Below are positions 53,292-61,331 of a stretch of 64,000 bases of DNA, piece by piece; the first letter of the stretch is position 1; every line of letters begins with the position of its first letter. The translations under genes were made by a program, and so were the position numbers. Location of the stretch: the IMG/VR virus record IMGVR_UViG_3300044995_000220; one strand, given 5' to 3'. This stretch comes from a virus. The notes beneath the pieces were generated by a model. That model saw only the letters and a list, made by a program, of their open reading frames with translations. It had not been told where the DNA came from and ran no database searches.

Positions 53292-56200
53292 GCACCAAGA
53301 GTAATCTGCACTGCTCGATCAACCAAGCCCAATTCATTCGCAGATTGAGTCGCTGCGCGATAAATCGTTGGATCGGTACCGCCATGCGCAAGGCGCGTTT
53401 CTCCTGGATCCAGAGGGTCCCCATCGTTGCGATGGCGTCGGATACAGTAAACGTAGTGCAAGATGTTAGGACCAGCCGGAAAACCGCCAAGGATCGTAAT
53501 TTCCATCGTATTGTAGTTAACGATGTAATCCACCCCTTCAGCGGGTCGTCGTACACCACCGATCAATACAGTGGGGTCAAAACGCGCTTTGACCAGCGTA
53601 GTCTGCACATCTCCAGGTGGTAGTGTAGCTGGCAATGTGTATGTACCAGGCGCGCCTGGCACTCCCGTCGTAGTCTCAGTGTATTGAAATGCGTCGCCAT
53701 GTCGTACAATGCCAGGAGGTCCAAAGATCAGGTTGTTATGCACTATCCTTATAGTCTCAGGCACAAATGGGCCATAACCTAGCGTAAAATTCTCATTCAA
53801 ATGGACCTTATCGACAAAATCCGTCAATGAATCAAGATAGATATAGGTATGTGATGGCTTCGCCTCGTTAATTAGGCGTACTACATCAGGAATAAATTCG
53901 CTTGGTAACGGCGTGTTTTTATCAATGCGAATCAAAACCGCATGATACTTCAAAAAGCGGTCCATCATAACAAATGCGACAGTACGACGATAAAGCAGTG
54001 GTGGCAGCTTTACATCGATCTGCACCGGAGGGATTGTACCCTCCGCTTCGGGCGGGGGAAAACGACCAAGTGTAAGAGTAACGCCATCAGGTTGTACTGC
54101 TTCAATAGGGAAATATCCCTTAAAACCAGGCGTCGAAACGATAATATGCTGACCGATGTCCCGCGTCCGCGCAGTTGGTACACCAGGGTCAAATGAAAGC
54201 ACAATACTGTTCGCGCCGTACCACCATGCTTTACCGGCGCGATCTTCGCCAGGCTGACCTTCGTCGTCAACGTCGTACGCAAGGCCAAAATCACCATAAA
54301 CAGGTGTGTCTAGTGCTCCATAGATATGTTCAATCAGCGTTGGCGATACTTTGCGTCGACTTGATACATCAACATCAAGCTTGAGAACATCGCTAGGAAT
54401 AACGACGTTGTGCCACCACGTTGGGTCACGCAAGTAGTCAACAACTCGAAAAGCGTCAGTTAACGCCTCAAATGCACGAAACTTGAGTACATTGACGCTA
54501 GCTGGATCAACTATATCCGGCCGCATCGCAACTAACAATGGAAAGTTATACGTAGCACGTGACGTTATAACACGCTGTTGATTAGTTCGTGAAAGAGCCC
54601 ATGTAAGACCTGACTGATCAGTGAAACCATATGGCGTCTCTAAAATGACAGTTGTGTTGTTCTCGACAGCAAGAATGCGAAAGACGCCATTGTTGCGCGC
54701 AAAGCCGGAACCTTGCACAATAATCGAGCCGTTAACGTCCTCTTGCCCAAAAAGATACGATCCCGCTGTCACGCGAAAACGCGTAGTAAGCGCAACGTGA
54801 GTATACGACCAAGTAACGTTAACTGCATCCGGCGGTGTTGGCGCTACAACGACCGTTGTCGGTGAAAGTACAGCAGTAACAGTATATTCATCAACTGATG
54901 TGCCATTTTGCACACGAATTACTGCACCAATGTCCGACGGAAAAAATCCTGCCGTAGGTGAATAAAACTGTTCAAGCGCTGCGTTTAGTACACCGTCGCG
55001 CCCCTCAGCAGAATCAATCAACTGTCCGTCTACACCTGATGCTACGATACCGTTGTCATAACCGCGCAAAACTTCATCGTCGTCGCGAACAACGGGGAAA
55101 CCCGCCATGACATTCATCGCGCTCTCAAATCGTTCCAACGTCGGACCAAGCAAAAAAAGCTGCGCGACGCCACGCAAAAACGTACGATACTGTTCGCTCG
55201 TCGGTTTTTTGTAACCGAGTAAGTACCCAAAATTATTATAAAGCGCTTCTTCGTCTACTAATGTATTCGCACCCCATAGTGCCATAACTGGCACGCTAGC
55301 TGTAACATTGAATTCAAATGGAGGGACATATGGTCGAAAGAAAGCTATGCTGAATACCGGGCTACCTGGGTCCGGTGCAAAACAGATATAAACTGTACCT
55401 CCATGAGTTACGATATCACCGACGTTATACGCCGCAAAAGCGGTCCATTCACCGCGATCGACGTAATCGTAGACAGCAACAGCACGCATCCAAGTGTAAT
55501 TAGCGCGCGCCGGCAATGTATCACTCCACGCTGAGCGCACAATAATTTTGCCAGCCTCATAATCGACAACATAATCAACGCCTTCAATGACGTTTTCACC
55601 AGCAGGGTACGTAGTCGTCGAACCATCAGAATTCATTATTACAACAGGCGTGGCACGACGTGCGATAATCGAAAGGCTACCAACATCAATAAACGTTTGC
55701 GGTAGCAGCAATTCAGGCTGCATATTCGCAGTGAACGTACCCGAGTAAAAGACGAACGTTATGCGCACACGGTTGTTCAGCGTCGCAATAAAATTACGCG
55801 GACGCCATAGAGTTACTGTGCCGAAGTTCGAACCTCCAAAACAGTAAAATAGTCCACTATTCTCAAAAGATTCAGGGTCGTCTACATAGATATAACAATT
55901 CGTGATTTGATCCCACATCGTGGGGTCAAAAACAGGGCCCGAGACGTGATCGACCTTTGCACGGTAAAGTAGCCAAACTCCGTTGTGTACAAGGTCACCA
56001 GCTGTGTATGATGTTGCCGGCGTCCAAAAGCCCTTGAAATACGGTTCAGTGGTGAAAACTACCTCCATAGTGCCAGGATTGATTGCGGCGTCAGTAAGAT
56101 TATTTGATGCGCGAACCGTAAGTCGTGGGTTGGCAGGTAACAAAACACCTATTTTCTCACGATCAAAAGGTGTACGTACAACACTAATGCGTACATTACG

Positions 56201-56854
56201 TCGCGCAAAATTTTGCTCAAATTCTGGTGCAGTATCTCCTAGCAGTAATTTAGAACCATCAACGCCAACAATACGCACAAGAATCGGTGAACCGCCACCA
56301 AGTACACGTAGACGAAACCAATCACCAATTTTTACACCAGCTGCCGCCCAATTACGCCCAACTGGATCAGTAAACTGTGCAGGCTCAACAACCGACAATG
56401 CACGAACTGGAAATAACGGTTCTGTTGTGCCATTACCGTCAACATTGAATAAATCGCGTCTGAATCTAATTGCGCCGTCACGCACATAATAATCGCGGGT
56501 TCGAACTAGCGTCGCAGTGGGCGCTACAACACGATTTAGAATGCTGGAAACGTCAGCTAGCGTAAGATCTGGTGGTGAAAATTCATAAGTATCTTCAGAC
56601 GGCGATGCCCCCTCGACGTAAAACAGACGATCCCGTCGCAATTCTAAGTACTTATAGTAATATCGGCTAAACAGCGGCATGTCTTTAAGACTCGTGCCGA
56701 GGATCGTCTGAAGCATTTCTAAGTAAATTTGCCCAAGATTGAGCTGTACGCCTTCATAATATGCAGTCAGCTCATCAGCATCACGGAAAAACGCTGTCCA
56801 AAATCCCGAAAGTGCATTGATAAAATTACGAGAAGAATCAGGAATAAGCGGCAT
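53288..56854 (-). CDS. Baseplate wedge protein (1188 aa)
   Basis: Follows baseplate-J-like gene; NFGYLLG...LFLLGPT core; two W..A..Y..GD.V carbohydrate-binding-like motifs. Confidence 0.65.
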   Translation of the reverse strand: MPLIPDSSRNFINALSGFWTAFFRDADELTAYYEGVQLNLGQIYLEMLQTILGTSLKDMPLFSRYYYKYLELRRDRLFYVEGASPSEDTYEFSPPDLTLADVSSILNRVVAPTATLVRTRDYYVRDGAIRFRRDLFNVDGNGTTEPLFPVRALSVVEPAQFTDPVGRNWAAAGVKIGDWFRLRVLGGGSPILVRIVGVDGSKLLLGDTAPEFEQNFARRNVRISVVRTPFDREKIGVLLPANPRLTVRASNNLTDAAINPGTMEVVFTTEPYFKGFWTPATSYTAGDLVHNGVWLLYRAKVDHVSGPVFDPTMWDQITNCYIYVDDPESFENSGLFYCFGGSNFGTVTLWRPRNFIATLNNRVRITFVFYSGTFTANMQPELLLPQTFIDVGSLSIIARRATPVVIMNSDGSTTTYPAGENVIEGVDYVVDYEAGKIIVRSAWSDTLPARANYTWMRAVAVYDYVDRGEWTAFAAYNVGDIVTHGGTVYICFAPDPGSPVFSIAFFRPYVPPFEFNVTASVPVMALWGANTLVDEEALYNNFGYLLGYKKPTSEQYRTFLRGVAQLFLLGPTLERFESAMNVMAGFPVVRDDDEVLRGYDNGIVASGVDGQLIDSAEGRDGVLNAALEQFYSPTAGFFPSDIGAVIRVQNGTSVDEYTVTAVLSPTTVVVAPTPPDAVNVTWSYTHVALTTRFRVTAGSYLFGQEDVNGSIIVQGSGFARNNGVFRILAVENNTTVILETPYGFTDQSGLTWALSRTNQQRVITSRATYNFPLLVAMRPDIVDPASVNVLKFRAFEALTDAFRVVDYLRDPTWWHNVVIPSDVLKLDVDVSSRRKVSPTLIEHIYGALDTPVYGDFGLAYDVDDEGQPGEDRAGKAWWYGANSIVLSFDPGVPTARTRDIGQHIIVSTPGFKGYFPIEAVQPDGVTLTLGRFPPPEAEGTIPPVQIDVKLPPLLYRRTVAFVMMDRFLKYHAVLIRIDKNTPLPSEFIPDVVRLINEAKPSHTYIYLDSLTDFVDKVHLNENFTLGYGPFVPETIRIVHNNLIFGPPGIVRHGDAFQYTETTTGVPGAPGTYTLPATLPPGDVQTTLVKARFDPTVLIGGVRRPAEGVDYIVNYNTMEITILGGFPAGPNILHYVYCIRRHRNDGDPLDPGETRLAHGGTDPTIYRAATQSANELGLVDRAVQITLGA

Positions 56855-56855
56855 C

Positions 56856-58925
56856 TTAGACGCCTCGCTGCTCCAACGCTACTTGATCAGCAACTGCAAG
56901 ATAACGTACAGTACGGTCGCTAACACCTTGACGCACAAGCTGTCGGGCTAACGCAGCATAATATCCCGTAGTAGGTAAACCAAAATCCTCAGGGTTAAGT
57001 AAACGCGCTGAAGTTGTCACGCCATCTGGTACAACTGAAACGATATCATCAGTGGCATAACGATAGACTCGCCCGTCAGGTGCTAGCAACTCATACTTGA
57101 TTGTAAACGGATACGTCGCAGCAATATTACTGTCCGCGTTTTTGGCCGCCTGCCCGATGCCACCTGTATCGGGACGCGTACCGAATGGCGTCTTAACAAT
57201 GTAATCAATAATCGCTCGCTGTACGGCATCAGTATTTACAGTAAATGTGCCGTTTGCATTGAATACATCAAGTGTGTTACGCGGAACGATCCTCGCACGG
57301 TATGGTAGCGAAAACGACAAGTACACTGGATGAAAAGCTCTAACGAGTGGATTAGCGCCAAGTGTACGGTTAAAGTCGTCCTTTACGTAATTAGCAATTG
57401 GTCCAAATCCAGCGAGAGTTTCGTACGTAACTTCTAACGTCAGACCTCCAAAATTGAACGCAGGCCAGCCAATTTCGATAAGCGTTACAGCTCGCTGCGA
57501 TTGAGCTTCTAGTGGATTTTTACAAATTACACGAAAACCGAGCGCAGTACCTGGTGTAGGAGTATTAACAACAGAGGAATTGAGGCGATTAGTAAATACG
57601 ACGTTGCCTGTAACTGGATCACGGTACGGGTCAAGCGCTGGTGGCGCATTGAGCACCTCAACCTGCTTTACACGGTATACCGGTACACCAGGTAACATCG
57701 CACGATTGAATTCCGCAATACGGCGCGAAGTTGTAATCGTGTTGAGCGGCCCATGAATTACTTTGTTGTTAAATGCTGGATAGTTGTTGCCAACTGTGTA
57801 TGCAATCGCTGGTACCGGTGTTTGCTCATCAGTCGCAATTTCAAACGGCACGCGAGACGAAATCTCTAACTCAGTCGCGCGTACTTCTCTCACTACGTAT
57901 TGAAACGGTGCGTTGGGCGTACCTGAGACCAACACAAGTATATCTCCAGGCACAACACCTGCCGTAATAAAAGACCCAGTTGGAGGTGCTGGATCACGCA
58001 AAATTGTAACAAGATCATCAGGACGAGGTGTCAAATCTTGTACAACAACGCGCTCCACGACTTCTTGAGTTTGAAGTCGGATATAGATGTCGGCGTGCCC
58101 TCCAACATGCAACTCAACGCCTGTCGCAGGATCACTCGCGATGTCTCGTTGCATTTCTGGATCGCCGTAATTTACCGTAAGCAACGTTTGAATCTCAGGA
58201 AATAGCTCACCACGCAGCAATGCATCATTTGATCGCGCATTGACAATAGCACGTAGTGAAAGAGCATTCTCACTAGTTGCAATAAACTCTGCTGTTGATT
58301 GAAGATCATCTCCAAACGCAAATGCCGTCACATTCTCCGCATAACTAAAAAACGGACTGAATGGATCGACAGCAACAAAACGCCCAGCTGGCTGATTATA
58401 CGCTTTACCCACACGCGCAGCGGTGAGGTTAACTTGAGTAACGTAATCAATTACACGGCCACTCGCATCAATATTTGGCCGCAAACTGTTTGCACTGATA
58501 AGAATGTCAGCGTCGCTATCGATATAAAACACCAGTTGCGGTGTTTTGAAAAAGCGTGTACGGCGTGGGATCAGCGCATCAACTCGTTGTGTAAAATGTA
58601 ACGTTGCAACGCCTTTAGCAAAACGGCCTTGCTTACGTGTTCTATAAAAATTCGACAAGATTGCGTCAGCTGCATCACGCACGCTCTCGGTATCAGGCAA
58701 CTTCTGAATATCTCGGAGCGACAAACGATTTTTAATTTCTCGAATCTGATTGCGTAGCAACGCAAACACAGTCGCATGACCATCAATCAGCGTACTGCCA
58801 AGTACTGAGCCTTCACTGTAATCGTTGTCAGTACCCCGCTGTTGACTACGCGTTGTAAGAACGTCTCGGAGTAGAATCGCACTCTCCTCAACGTCCCGCT
58901 CGTTGATTTTATAATCCGTCGACAT
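56856..58925 (-). CDS. Baseplate J / gp6-like wedge protein
   Basis: DYSEGSV, VNLTAARVGKAYN, FAFGDDLQST patterns; gp25-J-wedge synteny. Confidence 0.75.
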   Translation of the reverse strand: MSTDYKINERDVEESAILLRDVLTTRSQQRGTDNDYSEGSVLGSTLIDGHATVFALLRNQIREIKNRLSLRDIQKLPDTESVRDAADAILSNFYRTRKQGRFAKGVATLHFTQRVDALIPRRTRFFKTPQLVFYIDSDADILISANSLRPNIDASGRVIDYVTQVNLTAARVGKAYNQPAGRFVAVDPFSPFFSYAENVTAFAFGDDLQSTAEFIATSENALSLRAIVNARSNDALLRGELFPEIQTLLTVNYGDPEMQRDIASDPATGVELHVGGHADIYIRLQTQEVVERVVVQDLTPRPDDLVTILRDPAPPTGSFITAGVVPGDILVLVSGTPNAPFQYVVREVRATELEISSRVPFEIATDEQTPVPAIAYTVGNNYPAFNNKVIHGPLNTITTSRRIAEFNRAMLPGVPVYRVKQVEVLNAPPALDPYRDPVTGNVVFTNRLNSSVVNTPTPGTALGFRVICKNPLEAQSQRAVTLIEIGWPAFNFGGLTLEVTYETLAGFGPIANYVKDDFNRTLGANPLVRAFHPVYLSFSLPYRARIVPRNTLDVFNANGTFTVNTDAVQRAIIDYIVKTPFGTRPDTGGIGQAAKNADSNIAATYPFTIKYELLAPDGRVYRYATDDIVSVVPDGVTTSARLLNPEDFGLPTTGYYAALARQLVRQGVSDRTVRYLAVADQVALEQRGV

Positions 58926-58926
58926 G

Positions 58927-59376
58927 TCAGCTTTTCACCTTAGCGTACGGAATCAAAACTGAAAGCGTGCTTCGTGCCACGTTGACGATGCGCACCCAGA
59001 TATCGAATGAAAGAGTATCAACTTGTGTAAACTGAAGTAAATTCACAGTAAATAAACGTTCAGTGTCAGGTAATGACAGTTGACGACTTTGAATAGCTTT
59101 TAGTTGAGTTGTAGCGTCTTCGATGTATTCCAAGATAGCTGTCTGAATAGTGTCCACATCATCAACATTGCCACCAATAAGATATGCAAAGTTAGTCCCT
59201 TCAAGACGACGCCAAGGATGCGATCCTTTTGGCGTCAAAAAAATCTTAAGCCACTGATTGGCAAGCTTTTGAATTCCATCAACGAGAATCGGTGATTTGA
59301 ATCCAAAAGTAAAGTTGGCGCCATACCGCTGTTCGGTAGGGTCAATTAGCTGAATGTGTAAATCTTTCGCCATCAA
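58927..59376 (-). CDS. gp25-like baseplate wedge / sheath initiator
   Basis: 149 aa; GIQKLANQWLKIFLTPKGSHP...GT.F pattern; directly precedes J-like gene. Confidence 0.72.
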   Translation of the reverse strand: MMAKDLHIQLIDPTEQRYGANFTFGFKSPILVDGIQKLANQWLKIFLTPKGSHPWRRLEGTNFAYLIGGNVDDVDTIQTAILEYIEDATTQLKAIQSRQLSLPDTERLFTVNLLQFTQVDTLSFDIWVRIVNVARSTLSVLIPYAKVKS

Positions 59377-60620
59377 TACACCTCTCCGTCACCCCACAAA
59401 CCTGTTGTGTAATTGTATGTGTGAGGCTCAATATTCGTAACTGTGGGATGGATGGGTGTGAGTGACACTCCGCCCTCAGCAACTTCCGCAGCTAAAGCCC
59501 CAGTGTCGTCAGCTTCAGTATGAGTCGAACGTAGTCGCTCGATAAAAATCTGCCTGCGTGTCTGCGTCTCTATATCGTTAGCACGCTCAGGCGCAGCCAA
59601 CGAAATATACGCACCAAGAAAAAGTGACTGCGCACCAGCTGTGTCAACAGTCCCGATCGCAGTACGTGCTACGTCACGTGCAGCAATGGCACGTGGAGCC
59701 TGCGCAGGACGAAAGATCTCAGTTGCAAGATCAAAGTTCCCTTCGTTCATGATAGAAACTGAAAGCGCACTATCGTCGGTCGCGCTATAATCGAAACCAT
59801 TGTGTTCAGTGTTTTTCCATGCACCATTTGAAAAATTACGATGAGTCAGTTCACCAGCTAGAGTCGACGCGGTATAGATTAAAGCTGGTGTAGTACCATC
59901 AGTCGGTGTACTGATAGTGCGTGGTATAGTTGGATACGCCGTAAAGAGTTTCGCCAAGAGAATTGCCAACGTAAGCAACTGAAGACTCGTGTAAGGCAAC
60001 TCGAAAAATGCGTCAGTACGCCCAGCTTCAAAATCTGTACGTGCAATGCCAAGCGCGCCTTCAAGTCCAATAAAAATGCCGTGTTCACTGCGCGCAGGCA
60101 CGACACTCGTACGATAGTCCAACGCAGGTCCGACAGCAATCCCCCCGTTGCGATCAATCAAGAAATGGTACGCTGGACCATTACGACGCTGCGTCATATT
60201 GCGACGAACAACGTCATTCTTTTGTACTGAGTAAGTCTCCTCCGTTAGTTCTGCCGAAACAAGTACATCAGGCAACGCAGCAAACGGCGCAAGACCACTA
60301 ATTCCTGGTCCCCTCACCGTGCGTATAACTGTGTTGCGAGCAGAGAAACGAGCAGCGTCGAGCTGAAGCCCATATGCACACAATACAATTTGACGTATAT
60401 CCCGCGGATTGTCATCGTCTGGAGGCGTAACATGCGCTGGGTTAGCGTTGATATAGCTAAACTGAAGCGCCTCTAAAAAACCTATGTCACTCAATAGGCG
60501 CTGAGGAATTGTTCCAGAGCCCGGACGAGGCGTTAGGTTAGCATACTGCGTAACGCGGCGACGACGATCATTGGCAAGGCGCGTAAGAGCGCCGCTAAGT
60601 ACATCAGCAGGTGTGGGCAT
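59373..60620 (-). CDS. Amidase_2 / PGRP-fold peptidoglycan amidase-like protein (degenerate)
   Basis: RQIVLC, AYHFLIDRNG, IGLEG, YTSLQLLTL..LLAKL..YP, THRN follow the amidase-2 layout with changed Zn ligands. Confidence 0.62.
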   Translation of the reverse strand: MPTPADVLSGALTRLANDRRRRVTQYANLTPRPGSGTIPQRLLSDIGFLEALQFSYINANPAHVTPPDDDNPRDIRQIVLCAYGLQLDAARFSARNTVIRTVRGPGISGLAPFAALPDVLVSAELTEETYSVQKNDVVRRNMTQRRNGPAYHFLIDRNGGIAVGPALDYRTSVVPARSEHGIFIGLEGALGIARTDFEAGRTDAFFELPYTSLQLLTLAILLAKLFTAYPTIPRTISTPTDGTTPALIYTASTLAGELTHRNFSNGAWKNTEHNGFDYSATDDSALSVSIMNEGNFDLATEIFRPAQAPRAIAARDVARTAIGTVDTAGAQSLFLGAYISLAAPERANDIETQTRRQIFIERLRSTHTEADDTGALAAEVAEGGVSLTPIHPTVTNIEPHTYNYTTGLWGDGEVY

Positions 60621-60623
60621 ACC

Positions 60624-61322
60624 TTATCGTAACCGCTGCGCTTTCTCTAGCAACGCTTTGATTTGATTAAGCTGATACGAAAGCTGTCCTTGCGTCAATC
60701 CTGTGGCGCGCATGATTTCCTTACCGCTTTTTACGGCACTACCTCCGTACCCAGTGCGCATCTCGAATATTTTTTTCTGTATTGGCGTCATATCGTGATA
60801 AGCGAGGTGTACGACCTCAGGGTCGTCCATATATTGTATGAAGGTAGGCCCTTCACCTGATTCCATGAACTCTTTTTTGCCCACCAAATCTACAACTTCA
60901 CGAAGCTTTGATGGAGGTACCCTCATGTAATCGGCGATATCGTTGAGTGATGGAGGCCTACCATGTAAATCTTCGAGCTCACGGTATGCCCTGTTGTAGT
61001 TGTTAAACAGCAATCGTTTTTGCTCAGGCACACCAAGCGTCGACTGCCTCGCGTACGCCGTACGTGAAAGTTTTTGAAGTTGATTAGTCAAATGCGTTGA
61101 AAGTGACGCTCCTGCTGTTGGGCTATAAGTTTGAAACGCTTTGATAGCTAACAGCTTTGCTTCATTTTCAAGCATTGTCTGTGGTACAACGGCAGACCAG
61201 CGCATAGTCTCCCGTCGAATTACCGGCCACATCTGCTTGATCAGAGCTTCAAGATCAGCTGGAGACTGCGTTCGTTTCCACTGCCGCCACAGTTCTAAAT
61301 CACGATTCTTTGTGTCGTCCAT
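60624..61322 (-). CDS. RNA polymerase sigma-70-family factor (sigma 2)
   Basis: Region 2 AIKAFQTYSPTAGASLSTHL, region 3 LEDLHGRPPSLNDIADYM, region 4 MTPIQKKIFEMRTG...SGKEIMRATGLTQGQLS. Confidence 0.82.
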   Translation of the reverse strand: MDDTKNRDLELWRQWKRTQSPADLEALIKQMWPVIRRETMRWSAVVPQTMLENEAKLLAIKAFQTYSPTAGASLSTHLTNQLQKLSRTAYARQSTLGVPEQKRLLFNNYNRAYRELEDLHGRPPSLNDIADYMRVPPSKLREVVDLVGKKEFMESGEGPTFIQYMDDPEVVHLAYHDMTPIQKKIFEMRTGYGGSAVKSGKEIMRATGLTQGQLSYQLNQIKALLEKAQRLR

Positions 61323-61331
61323 AGCAATAAC

